Below, one piece after another: positions 42,522-55,015 of a stretch of 64,000 nucleotides of DNA. Source of the stretch: Eledone cirrhosa. Its lineage: Eukaryota. The position numbers and the translations under genes were made by a program. Position 1 is the stretch's first letter. Every line of letters begins with the position of its first letter. The notes beneath the pieces were generated by a model. The model made no database searches, had not been told where the DNA came from, and worked only from the letters and a program-made list of their open reading frames with translations. The stretch spans positions 55,676,001 through 55,740,000 of the forward strand of contig OZ024743.1 in the NCBI GenBank assembly GCA_964016885.1. The letters are read 5' to 3'.

Positions 42522-43251
42522 CATCAGCCGAGATAGTAACACCAGAGTGTAGCATAATTAAATAGGGATGATATATGAAGATAATATATTGGAACAGGTA
42601 CGAGTAAAAGACCTACAATATGATATCATACTGGGAACAAATCAGAAACAATATAATTATTTTAAGATTTGTCATAGTGAGAAAATTAACTTAATGAGAA
42701 AAACAAGACCAAAGCTATCAACACTTAATTTGTATCACCCGTTTCATTACATTCTTAACGTAATTAATTAAAATCTATAAGTAGAATATTGAAGCTGAGC
42801 CTTGTTGATTTGATTGCTTGTAGTGTTTACAAGAACAACTGGTGATGAAAGCATCGCAATTCATGGCATCACTGCATGTTGTATAGTTGAATCACCTGCA
42901 TCTCTGACCTTGTAGCTGCTGTTATTGTGGTACTTTACATAGATTTAAGTACACGCTTTTGTTATTAACATAGTACTCGTTAGTCATTTCAATCTGTAAA
43001 TAAACTTCTCAAAGGAATCTATGTGCTTCAAAACTTCCTCCTTCTATTCTAGTTCCACGTGTAAAAATGTTAACTTCTATGTATATATCTCTTTTAAGAA
43101 AGGAAAAAAACAACAACTGAAAATCAAAAGCAAAAGCAATTACACAAGAACAAAAAATATTATTGTTATTAATATTATTGTTATTAATGTTGGCATTACA
43201 GTTGATTCATTTTCATTAAACTGTCTACAACAAACACGTAAAACATAACAC

Positions 43252-43310
<59 letters not shown>

Positions 43311-43443
43311 GAGTGTGTGTGTTATGTTTTGCGTGTACATACATACATACATCATACATATACATAAATACATATATACATATACGTGCGTACATATATA
43401 TAAGTTAATGATGTTAAAAAAGGGCTGCGTCGATATCTCGTTT

Positions 43444-43503
<60 letters not shown>

Positions 43504-43743
43504 TGTGCATGTGTATGTATATATGTTGAAATAGTGTTCCATACACCACCACCGCCATCGACCCCGTTCGCCGCCGTCTCATTTATCACTGTCACTAAAC
43601 GCCAAACCTTATAACATTTATCTTCCTTTCATTTACGCTCAACGCCTTCTGCTCCTACCCCGCCGTCCCTCTCGAACTTCTTCTCTATCTCTATACATTG
43701 CACTTCCATCACCTCCTTATTAGGAAAAATGGTATCAGATGTG

Positions 43744-44487
<744 letters not shown>

Positions 44488-44488
44488 C

Positions 44489-44672
<184 letters not shown>

Positions 44673-45319
44673 TAAAATAACAGATTAAAGTTTAAGCAAA
44701 GAATCGCTGCCCTACGGTTCTTATATATTTTGATATATATTTATCCTTATCGAACCCTCTTTGGATTTTAGTCTTCAAATTTATTATTATTACTATATAT
44801 ATATACACACACACACTAACATGCAAACATGCATGCATTCATATGTACATGCATACACACATTCATATGATAATACATATGAACATACATACATACATAA
44901 ATACATACATAGATAGGAACGTACATACATACATACATACATAGGAACATACATTCATACATACGCATGTACATACATAAGAATACTACTATTAACTAAC
45001 GTATTCAATGCATAATAAGAGTTGAAATATATTTATTTGAATATTTATTTCTTCTAATGATTACACCTTAATTTCGGATCTCACTCTTATCAAGATATAA
45101 GTATTAAAGAGCCTCGTTGCAACTGGTTTTCTAGAACATATTCTAATAAATGGAGTGTACCAACAACCAGGGAAGTCTTCCATTTTTTCCTAATATATCT
45201 TACTGTACCAAGGAATTTCCTTCATTTTCCACTATATGTATGTGTTTGTATCTGTGTGAGTGGGTGTGTATATCTGTGTGTGTATGTGTGTATGTGTCTG
45301 TGTGGTGTGTGCGTGTGTA

Positions 45320-45678
45320 TAGTGTAACCCTGGCATTCGCGGTCCCAGCTATTCGTGGAATTTTCCTGAGAACCTAACTAATAGTTGTTCGTGCAAACCA
45401 CTGCATATTCGCGCAATCCTAAATATATTCCGCGATTTTTTTTTCTGGCCTTTTTCGTTGCAATACATATTCTTTAACGCTAAATTATTGATAACAATAT
45501 ACCGTATTTGCCGGCTTATTGGACGCTCCTTTGCATAAGACGTTCCCTCTTTTTTTATATTTAACGTTATATTTTGAAGTTTATAGGCATTTTTATGAAG
45601 CACATCCAATATTCACGGTTTTTCACTCTTCGCGGGTGCTCTAGGAACGTAACCCCAACGAATAGCGGGGAACAACTG
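45320..45678. mobile_element. Tigger/pogo-like (Tc1-mariner) MITE
   Basis: Imperfect TIRs TA|TAGTGTAACCCTGGCATTCGCGG ... CGAATAGCGGGGAACAACTG|TA with TA target dinucleotides; subterminal GGGGTTACGTTCC on the minus strand is Tigger-like. Confidence 0.65.
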
Positions 45679-45703
45679 TATGTATGTATATATATATATA
45701 TAT

Positions 45704-45775
45704 CAGGGATCCCCAACCTTTTGGGTCCGCGGGCCGGATAGCCATGCAGCGGTGTCTCCGCGAGCCGGATACGCA
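45704..45775 (+). mobile_element. hAT-like (Charlie-type) terminal fragment
   Basis: CAGGGATCCCCAACCTTTT...GCGGGCCGGAT terminus; the other end was not found. Confidence 0.5.
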
Positions 45776-46250
45776 ATTAATACTACTTATATACAAATAA
45801 GTAATTATTTATTTATCCTTTATGTTAAATTTGAAACAAAATTCAATATTGATACTTAGAACTGTCCCAAGCAGAAAAATACATTTAAACATTGTTTTAT
45901 TCGGCAATATCGATAGATCGGGTATTCATGATTTTTGAAGGATACGTATAAAGGAAAATATATATAGTTTTTATCACGTTTTTATCACATTTAAATTTTT
46001 TGTTAGATTTTAATATGATACCGTAATGAACCATGTGTTCTTACATTCAATACAGATTATCTCCTGTTAAAGTTGATATATTCTATTGTACGTATATATC
46101 ATTAGATATATATGTATGTACATATGTCATTCACTATTTTGTAATGATTAAATACTCAGATTTATTCTTTGAGCTTATTCTTAGGGGATAAGGCGCATGT
46201 TCGAGATTATCTCAAACATGACATATATAATTTTAAATGTAATATATATA

Positions 46251-46515
46251 TGTAGCGACTAACGCCACCTTGCCCGGGGAGAAAAAACTAATTGGAGTTA
46301 CTTCCCGTTGAATTCTAGAGGATTCCTTGAACTTCCGGTCTAGGGATTATAAAGGAGGAAGAAAAGAGACATCTTGGCTTTTTTGGCGACCGGATCTCGG
46401 ACAGTTCACTCACGAGCGAGTTTGTTAATCGTATTATATCTGTATCGAATTAAATTAGTGGTTGGCCTGCAGTGGTGTTTACCAAAGTAAATAACCCTGT
46501 GACCAATTCACTAAA
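46251..46515 (+). mobile_element. Probable solo LTR
   Basis: Starts TGTAG and ends CTAAA (one change from CTACA); internal TATAAA and a downstream AATAAA; GC-richer than its flanks; TA-rich insertion site. Confidence 0.45.
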
Positions 46516-46675
46516 TATGTATGTATGTATATGTTTTTACTCTGTCACTTTTGCTATTTTTTAAAGTAACAGCTTTCACGTTTTCTATCATAAAATTAAG
46601 TAGGAATTTTTGCTTTTTAGGCCAAACAATGGTAATCAATATCTGTTTTGCTTGTTATTTATATATTTTGTAATT

Positions 46676-47119
46676 AAACTACATACCATGAAACATGCAC
46701 TGCAAAAGGTATTTCTATATGAGGCTACAGCACGCAACATGGTTGGTGCTAACCCATATCGTACTCAACAACTTTTATATCGAAGACGTGCTGGCAAAGG
46801 AAAAGAAGATGAAAACACTTCAAATCATGATAATAAAAGTCATATTGGCAATCACGATGAAGCCTCAGCATTAATCCTAGTCAGCTGTCACTTACCAACT
46901 GCCACATCTGCATGTGAATCAATTGGTGGCCACAATCGAAGTCGCGGACAGATGGTTGAAGAAGCTGCACATCTTTATGGTACATTGCAGGAAAAACGTG
47001 CTGTAAATATGTGCCAGACCCTGTTAAAAACTCTTGAAGAACGTCAATGTAAACTGGACTTGGTTCCATCAGCTACACAACTTTCCCAATATCCTGTACC
47101 ACAGGCTGTCATGTGCTGA
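46676..47119 (+). CDS. SREBP: C-terminal coding segment of a sterol regulatory element-binding protein (terminal exon or gene fragment)
   Basis: KVFLYEATARNMVGANPYRTQQLL...ASALILVSCHLP...RGQMVEEAAHLYGTLQEKRAVNMCQTLLKTL matches, from memory, the SREBP1/2 C-terminus ([23 protein letters not shown]...ALLLASCYLP...[25 protein letters not shown]). Stop at 47119; the 5' boundary is uncertain. Confidence 0.75.
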   Translation, partial: KLHTMKHALQKVFLYEATARNMVGANPYRTQQLLYRRRAGKGKEDENTSNHDNKSHIGNHDEASALILVSCHLPTATSACESIGGHNRSRGQMVEEAAHLYGTLQEKRAVNMCQTLLKTLEERQCKLDLVPSATQLSQYPVPQAVMC

Positions 47120-47606
47120 TTTCAGCATTCTTATGAAGGGGTTATTTATGATCTAACTAGATTCAGGCACATTGCCACAGTTTCACAATATCACAGAGTT
47201 TACTTGAAACAACTTCTACTTTGATAATAATGGCTAAAAAAATAAACAGCAAATAATTTTATTTTTACACCAATTGTTAGGTTTATGAAACTGTGTTTTT
47301 CTGTAGAGTCCATATTTCTTGTGTACTCTATTTCGAACGTGTGTGTGTATTTATATATATAGAAAAGTATATTTTTAAATATATGTATACATACATACAA
47401 ATTTATGTGCTTGTGTCTGAATGTATATACATACAAATTAAACAAACGTATTCACATACTACATTCACAATCATATGTGTGTGTGATATTTTCATTTTTT
47501 TTAAAACGTGTAATTGGTCCAGTTCTGAATGTATTAACCAATTCTTAAAACACTAGAGATTTCATTTTATCTTTGCGTTAATCAATATTTGCATCCAAAT
47601 TATTTG

Positions 47607-47647
<41 letters not shown>

Positions 47648-47672
47648 GTGTGTGTGTATATATATATATATT

Positions 47673-47719
<47 letters not shown>

Positions 47720-48112
47720 CATCTGTACTCAGTATCCCCTATAAATATTTACTTTATCTAATTTTTTAATTAATATCAATGTTTCTAACATCAGCATTGT
47801 TAATATATCTTGAGTAGAACCTGTTAACCCCTATGAATATTCGAGTAATTAAAATGTTTAATTAATTAATTAATAAGATTACAGTCAATAATTCAAGTTT
47901 GTCTGGTTTTAAAATTTTTTTATAATTAATATAGTCATAGCGAAATTAACAATGTTGATGTCAATAGTATTAATTTGTTAGGACTCTCGTTTAGGTCACT
48001 AACCCCACCCTAACTGTTTTGCCTTATACTTTTCTTAATGTATACATTTCTAATACTATTTTACAGATATATATATATTTGAAGATGTAGATTACGATTA
48101 AGTTAATTGAAT

Positions 48113-48167
<55 letters not shown>

Positions 48168-48219
48168 CGTGTGTGTGTGTGTGCGTGTGTGTATTTATGT
48201 ATGTATGTATGTATGCATG

Positions 48220-48452
48220 TTCTGGTTTTATAATTTAAAGAATGTCTACCATTAGAGGAGAGAGTCAGTTTCTAACATAGTTACAAGTCTCTCTCATTGG
48301 AATTTACACATCATCACCTAGGTAGATATGTATGTATGTACTTCTGGTTTTAGAATTTCACAAATTTTTTCCCAATACAGAGAGAGTCGGTTTCTAACAT
48401 AGACACAAGACTCTCTCAATGGAATTTACACAACATCAACTAGGTAGATTAT
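48220..48452 (-). repeat. Two diverged tandem ~120-bp units, probably the LINE 3' UTR, each with a stem-loop
   Basis: TCTGGTTTTA...GAGAGAGTC..TTTCTAACATAG..ACAAG.CTCTCTCA.TGGAATTTACACA..ATCA.CTAGGTAGAT occurs twice; GAGAGAGTC/GACTCTCTC forms a hairpin. Confidence 0.65.
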
Positions 48453-48576
48453 GTATGCATGCATGTGTAAATATGGATGTTATTGTATGTGTGGATGAGT
48501 ATGTTCTGAGTTGTATGTGTGCATGTGTATATGCTTTGTATCTGTACATGTGTATATGCAATTATTAGATGCAAAA

Positions 48577-49523
48577 TTTTTAGAATGTTTTACATATTTT
48601 TACTGTTCCATTATTGGATTGTACTTGTAATTTCCTAACTAGCTTCTCAAGATTTGTATTGAGGCAGTTACTAACATACCCCAGTGCCCCAATAATCACA
48701 GGCATAAATCTGAAGGTGTAATCAGAGTGGAGTATCTGCAGATTTCTCATCAGTTCTGCATAAATATTCTCCTTTTCGCTAATCTTTGATATTATATTGG
48801 CATCTGCTGGGCAGCTAATTTCCACTACTGTGCATGCTTTCTTCTCCCAGCCCCATATCATAATATCTGGTCTGTTATGCCTGCATTTTATTGGGGTTTT
48901 TACTGGAACATTCCACCAGTACTCTTTCATATTATGTACACAGATGTCTTCTACATTGCTGTAGCTTTTAATGTGTTTATTATCGGGGCTATCTTTTTTA
49001 CGAACTGCATTGTACATTGTTTTGGCCACTACATCATGCCTCATAGGTAGATAGTACCGCGATGACATCTTTGGACAGCTGCTGATGACATGGGTGATAT
49101 GCTCGACGTTGGTTCTGCAGAGTCTGCACTTGTTATCACAGGTGTTTTGCCTGCATCCCTATCTCTTTTGTGAATCAGGTATTTCGTGTTAATCTCCTGT
49201 TCTTGGATTGCAAAAGCGTATCCTTCAAAGTGGGAACCAATATAGCGGTTGTTGATCCAAGATAGACTACTTTCCTTATCTATATTACTCTTACTCTGGG
49301 GCTTCCTGGCAACATATCCATGCATGATTTTTTGCTGATAAGCAGGCAGTTTTTCGTCCATGGATTCACTGCGATACTGCTGAGCGACTTCCCTGGGTGT
49401 GAGTTTTTGATTATTACACAGGGAATATTTCTGGAGGAGTTCCTTCCCAACTCTTATGATCTTATCTGTTTCATGCAGATAGACTTGCTCGAGAATCGGG
49501 CTCCTACGTTTCGAGGTTCGTAG
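48577..49523 (-). pseudogene. 5'-truncated, frameshifted RLE-type non-LTR retrotransposon ORF (R4/NeSL-like): CCHC finger plus restriction-like endonuclease
   Basis: EGYAFAIQEQEINTKY, then a frameshift, then CRLCRTNVEHITHVISSC (CCHC), RHDVVAK, HNRPDIMIW..K..CTVVEISCP and K..IY..L (PD-(D/E)xK nuclease), and PVIIGALG. Confidence 0.88.
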
Positions 49524-49568
49524 ATGTCGTCGGAGAGATATGATACGACATTCAAATGTTGTCTGTCC

Positions 49569-49630
<62 letters not shown>

Positions 49631-49721
49631 ATGTATGTATGTCTGTCTGTCTGTATGTATGTATGTATGTATGTATGTATGTATGTATGTATGTATGTAT
49701 ATATGTATGTATGTATGTGTG

Positions 49722-50330
49722 TCAGGTCACCAGTTGGTGCTACTGGTAACATGTATCCCAGTACAACCTGTCTCATGGTAGGGTCGTTGGCGACTAAACT
49801 GGCAACCCCACCAAGTTTTCTTGGTGAGGAGGGTGACTTTGGACATCCTTCAGGACTAAAAACAAAACCTGTCAAAAGGCAAAGGGGCTCTTAAGAGTCA
49901 ATGACCATCCAAAATCACCGGGAGAGATGACCCCTTAGCCTTTGTCAAGGTAGCATTCTAGGAGAAGGAAAACTCTGATATAACACCTGCAACCCTCATG
50001 GTATCCAATGATGTTGACTTGTTCTTCTTTTTGGTAAATATCATCTTGGTTAAGAGAGTGGGACTGCTTTTGTGCAGTGCCTTTGATCACTATAAAAGCT
50101 TCACAGCACAGGCATTGCTTTATATCTGGAGATCTCTCTGCACTTGTCATCACATGGTACCATGGGCCCAGCACTATGTGTCAATAATTGTCACAAGTGT
50201 AGTGTTTGTACCAGAGTTTTCAAGTCGCTGGCTGGACTAAAAAGTCACACTCGTTCAGCGCATCGGTAGGGGTTCTCCTGCATGGATATAAAGTAGTGGC
50301 CGTACTCGAAAACGAGTTGGCACCCACCAT
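49722..50330 (+). mobile_element. ~610-bp non-coding retroposon with an RTE-type 5'-UTR motif
   Basis: CTAGGAGAAGGAAAACTCTGAT motif recalled from RTE-clade 5' UTRs. Ends GGCACCCACCAT followed by (GTAT)n; homologous to 50352-50567 and 58302-58670. Confidence 0.7.
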
Positions 50331-50351
50331 GTATGTATGTATATATGTATG

Positions 50352-50567
50352 TATGTATGTATGTATGTTATGTCGGGTGACTCTTGAGTGCTACTGGTAA
50401 CATGTAACCCAGTACAACCTGTCGCATGGCTGGGTCGTCGGCGACTAAACCGGCAACCCCGCGCCAAGTTTACTTTGTGAGAAGGATGATTTTGGACACC
50501 CTGCAGGACAAAAAAGAAAACCTGACAAAGGGCGGAGAACTCATAAGAGTTAACGGCCATCCAAAAA
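50352..50567 (+). mobile_element. Second copy (5' part only) of the 49722 element
   Basis: GTGCTACTGGTAACATGTA.CCCAGTACAACCTGTC...GGCGACTAAAC.GGCAACCCC shared with 49737-49810. Confidence 0.75.
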
Positions 50568-50592
50568 TGCGTAAATATGTATATACATCGAT

Positions 50593-50625
<33 letters not shown>

Positions 50626-50793
50626 CAATATGTTGAAAAGGTAACACACTAGAGTGAGAGATACAGTGCGCTATCAATAAAACAGGGAAAAAACCACTAG
50701 TGTATGGAATCTATAACCTATGAAAGGCAGACTATAGACACGATAATTAAAAATATAAATTAAAGCGTAAATAAATACCTCTATAACTATATA

Positions 50794-50875
50794 ACACACG
50801 TACAAATCCAAAGAGATCTGTTTCGCCAGTAAGTTGTTGACAGAAATGGAATAACCTCTGTTACTCAGCGTGTGT
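50794..50875 (-). ncRNA. Type I hammerhead ribozyme, long stem III, core CUGAGUA (G8U)
   Basis: Stem I ACACACG/CGTGTGT; stem II CAG..AGGTT/AACTT..CTG; GAAA; stem III CAGATC/GATTTG; GUA cleavage triplet. Confidence 0.7.
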
Positions 50876-51246
50876 AAGGCTATATATTTCAGACAACACT
50901 AAGAGAATTTTAAAAATGACTGTCCAGCTACACGTGGGAGAGAGAAGTCACAGCGTGTTTAAGAGCTCAGGATTTCTTCTCCTTTGAGCACATTACTTAC
51001 AGGGAATTGCGAGGGCCTATGGCTCCGTTAATTTATCGTGATATTTCGCTCCTTATAACAGTCTTTCCTATCTCTCTGTTTGGTTGAGCCCACTTCTCTG
51101 AGTGGTTTTGGGCTGCCCTTTCTAGCAGCTCGTCCCTCAGAGGCCACTGGTTCACTGCCCTAAACACGCTGTGACTTCTCTCTCCCACGTGTAGCTGGAC
51201 AGTCACTTTTAAAATTCTCTTAGTGTTGTCTGAAATGTATAGCCTT

Positions 51247-51324
51247 ACACACGCTGAGGAACCGAGGTTATTCCATTTTTATCAACAACTTACTGGCGAA
51301 ATGTACGTGGATTTGTACGTGTGT
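51247..51324 (+). ncRNA. Type I hammerhead ribozyme, core CUGAGGA, rearranged stem III
   Basis: ACACACG-CTGAGGA-stem II-GAAA-TGTA|CGTG...GTA|CGTGTGT. Confidence 0.65.
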
Positions 51325-51576
51325 TATATAGTTATAGAGGTATTTATTTACGCTTTAATTTATATTTTTAATTATCGTGTCTATAGTCTGCCTTTCATAG
51401 GTTATAGATTCCATACACTGGTGGTTTTTCCCTGTTTTGTTGATAGCGCATTGTATCTCTCTCTCTAGTGTGTTACCTTTTCAACATATTGTATTTTAAA
51501 GAGTTCAGGATTTCTTCTCCTTTGAGCACATTATTTACAGGGAACGGCGAGAGTCTATGGCTACGTTAATTTATCG

Positions 51577-51614
<38 letters not shown>

Positions 51615-51632
51615 TATATATATAATATATAT

Positions 51633-51733
<101 letters not shown>

Positions 51734-52789
51734 TTAGTTAGTTATACTATTTATGGTTATGTAAATACAAAACCTTATGCAGTTATAAGTATTTTACACA
51801 CACCCTAAATAGTGGTAGGCAGTAATGTATTACTACCTTATTACCAGTAAGTTAAGTAGCTCAATGTAAAAATATCAGATGATTTACAGAGCAGTTATAT
51901 TCTTTAATTTAGAATCCTCGCTCATCATCTATAATTTCCATTTGTGGCACCTTACGATGGGTTAATCCACCATAATAATATGATCACCTTCAGCATAACT
52001 TAATTAAACTACTCTATAGTTAATACACTTTGTGCTTTAAAAATTTCTCTTGGAGGATGCGCATCACCATAGAAATTAGGGTCTATATTGGGACACATTT
52101 TAATAGCTAGGTATAGAAACCCCAGAGTTACCTCCCCGCATGCATTAACTCCCCTTAGCCACACACACACTTCCGGGCGGTATTCAATGGCGTTTCTCGA
52201 AACGTAACAGCCTCCTGTATTGAACTAAAGAACACCAGACTACGATCTCTAATTGGATTGTCGTGGATTATGTGAAGGGCATATAATCGAAAAATACACT
52301 CCCCTGACCATGAAAATGCCGAAGTACATGAAATACTTGACTTCCCTGCGCTGTGCATCTCCAATACTTTTAACACTTTTAATGCTTGCACTATTTTTAA
52401 TGCTTATAATATTTCTCCACACACAGACTATATCAATCATATAAAGAATTTGCCACCAGATCTACCAACCTAACACTCTTGTTTACCTACCTAAGTGCCT
52501 CTACCACACATATCTCTCTGCCACACTATATAAACAAGACGCACATGCGTGCCACACATATAACATTTCCACTATATAACCGCTTATCTTCATGTTGTAT
52601 TTTAACCTGTATTTTTGATTTTTGATTGTACCTCTTAATATAAATGTAATCTCGAAGTGTGTACTGCCACTCTAAATTCTGCAATGAATGTTGACCCACA
52701 ATGTTTGAATATGTATCAATGTTTGAATATGTATCGGTATGTCTCTCGGCTGAAAAGGAGGTCATATAACTGTCCATGCATTAATAAAT

Positions 52790-52836
52790 TGCTCCGAAGA
52801 ATCCAAACCTCGGTTTGGAGGAAACAGCTGTAAGCA
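52790..52836 (+). ncRNA. Minimal type I hammerhead, core CCGAAGA (U4C), palindromic stem III
   Basis: Stem I TGCT/AGCA; stem II TCCAAAC/GTTTGGA; GAAA; ACAGCTGT palindrome; GUA site after 52832; ~40 nt upstream of a (TA)n tract. Confidence 0.7.
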
Positions 52837-52867
52837 CAATAATGTTTTGAACAGTTCTTTGATTCTT

Positions 52868-52928
<61 letters not shown>

Positions 52929-52972
52929 TACTTCAAAATATTAATAAATATAGACATTCATATGATCAAATA

Positions 52973-53038
52973 TATTTTATTATACATATTTCAGAGGTAC
53001 TGAGCTATTTCAACAGTACGTCCTCATCAGATAAAATA
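52973..53038 (-). ncRNA. Type I hammerhead ribozyme (mirror copy in the left arm of family B)
   Basis: Reverse complement of 53139-53204. Confidence 0.8.
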
Positions 53039-53138
53039 AGTTAATGCCTGACATACCTTGACTATGTTGGTTAGAATTCAGTCATGCCATGACTGAAATA
53101 TAATCATCAACATAGTCAAGGTATGTCAGGCATCAACT

Positions 53139-53204
53139 TATTTTATCTGATGAGGACGTACTGTTGAAATAGCTCAGTACCTCTGAAATATGTATAATAA
53201 AATA
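53139..53204 (+). ncRNA. Type I hammerhead ribozyme, canonical CUGAUGA core
   Basis: Stem I TATTTTAT/ATAAAATA; stem II GGA-C-GTACTG/CAGTAC-C-TCT; GAAA; 2-bp stem III with AUGU loop; AUA site after 53196. Confidence 0.82.
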
Positions 53205-53357
53205 TATTTGATCATATGAATGTCTATATTTATTAATATTTTGAAGTAATATTAATAACTCCAGAAAACCTACGTGTGGAGTGCTTCTAATCTATTGTGA
53301 AACTTTATTCATTGAACCTTGTTAAACTTTTAATTATATATATATGTATATGTATAT

Positions 53358-53712
53358 GCGCGGGGACATAGAAATAGTCGGGCTGGATACTCGATCGTGC
53401 GGTTAAACCACTGGGAATGAAGGACCCCTAGCTTTTGTCAGGGCATTCTTCTATGAAAAAGGCAACTCAGGAAACTCGGATAACTCCGACATAAAACCTG
53501 CGGCTCAGTAGTTACCGATAGTGTTGTTCTTTTCTTCTTTTCGGTTTATAGCTACTGTCGCTCAGAGAGTGGGATTGGCTCAGTGCACAGTCTTTCCTCA
53601 CTTTAAAAAATATCTTCACGCACAGGCATTGCACGATAGAATTAATTAATAATTATTAATAATGGTATATCGTGCAATGGCTATACTCGATAATGAGGGG
53701 GCAGCCATCATA
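53358..53712 (+). mobile_element. Diverged relative of the RTE-derived 49722 element, with a different 3' end
   Basis: Colinear motifs TAGC.TTTGTCA.GG, AACCTGC, TTCTTTT, AGAGAGTGGGA.TG, TCACT.TAAAA and CACAGGCATTGC; 3' hairpin CATTGCACGATA/TATCGTGCAATG; end GAGGGGGCAGCCATCAT. Confidence 0.6.
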
Positions 53713-53957
53713 TATGTATGTATGTATGTGTCTATTGGTGTATGTATGTATGTATGTATGTATGTATGTATGTATGTATGTATGTATGCATGTATGTATG
53801 TATTGCAATTCATAATTGTTAAATTACGTTAATCCCCCGGCAAAAAATCAATGATTGATATTATTCATTATCTACATGAAATTACAAGCATTCATCGAAA
53901 GTAACCAGTAATAAAATCATTAATGAATGGAAATATACAATAATTGTCTCTACTTTT

Positions 53958-54313
53958 GGCACAAGGCCAGCAATTATCCCAGTGTAATACTGGTACTTTA
54001 TTTTATCGAACCTGTAAGGATGAAAGTCAAAGTTAACTTCGGCGGGATTTGAACTCAAACCGTAAAGGGCCGTAATTCTATGTTGCAAAATATGGCGTCC
54101 GACCCTCTTTAATAATGGTTTCTTATATAGGCACAAGGCCAGCAATTTGGGGGCGGGGCAAGTCGATCAAATCGACCCAGTGCATGACTGGTACTTTATT
54201 TTATTAACTCCGCAAGGATGAAAGGCAAAGTAACCTCGGCGGGATTTGAACTCAGCTCATAAATGGACGTAACTCTATACTGCAAATATGGCGTCCGACC
54301 CTCTTCAATAATG
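53958..54313 (-). mobile_element. Two tandem SINE copies
   Basis: GGCACAAGGCCAGCAATT at 53958 and 54130; the minus strand carries a B-box-like GAGTTCAAATCCCGCCGA and CTTTCATCCTT. Confidence 0.75.
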
Positions 54314-54894
54314 AAAGTGTTGTTCCCTTTTTCGTTTCCAAGTAATCGTAATGAATCTTCACTTTCTACGAACACAGAATATGAGTGACTAAACTCTAGT
54401 TATGCTGTTAATATCACTACAGTTGCTATATTTCCTATTTTACACTTTACTTTTATTTTACTTGTACTTGTGGCGGCGTTTACCTGCGTTGTGTTGAGCC
54501 GGCTCTATCGAAGGAGTTCACGGTGTAAGTTCATTTCAGTGGAGTTTCTTCGGACGATTGGCTTCACAAACGGTGCTCAGCCGAAATTATATGCACGTTA
54601 GGATAGTGCAATCCAAACATTGCATCGGTTATAGCGCCGATCTCTCGCTTTCAGACTCAACCCAATTTGGGGGATCCACTGCTGTGACGGGGACAGATGA
54701 GAGGGAGTTTGGTCGGCAGAGGTGATAAACACAACCTATTTGGGCCATTTTGTAGGCCAGCAGAAGCACACCCCATACCCAGCTCAGTCATACCGACCCT
54801 ACGCACCTTCCTATTATACACGTGAAAACATTCTCTCCAAGCAAATACTGTTGAAGATTTATTCTCGGTCTAACCTACCATATAGCTAACTCTG

Positions 54895-55015
54895 TTCTAA
54901 GCCGAAGGCTCATCAGACCGATGCTTATCTCCGGTTTCCTTGGCATTAGGCGGCTGAGAGTATAAGAGTATACAACTCTCCCAGGATAGGACGCCGGTCT
55001 CTCGCAGGATTATCT
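54895..55015 (-). mobile_element. SINE 3' fragment
   Basis: GCTTATCTCCGGTTTC...GGA..GGACGCC.GTC..TCGCAGG resembles the distal part of the 38440 SINE. Confidence 0.45.

Larger units (their letters stand above)
50623..51577 (+). mobile_element. Hammerhead fold-back retroelement, family A (538-nt monomer)
   Basis: Inverted arms 50623-50961 and 51161-51494; direct repeat 50961-51039 = 51499-51577; (TA)n on both sides. Confidence 0.85.
52926..53334 (+). mobile_element. Hammerhead fold-back retroelement, family B
   Basis: Near-perfect 144-bp inverted arms 52926-53069 and 53108-53251; inner hairpin TTCAGTCATG-C-CATGACTGAA; 83-nt tail; microsatellite flanks. Confidence 0.88.

Noticed and set aside
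42790-42925. Possible exon upstream of the SREBP segment
   Set aside because: Stops in the frames I tried and no recognisable homology.
49935-50400. Short ORFs recurring at 58214-58736
   Set aside because: They recur because the element is duplicated; no protein motifs and overlapping on both strands.
54893-54920. CTGATGA-GCC-TTC-GGC on the minus strand as a hammerhead
   Set aside because: Followed by TTAGAAC rather than GAAA, has no stems I or III, and lies in a SINE fragment.
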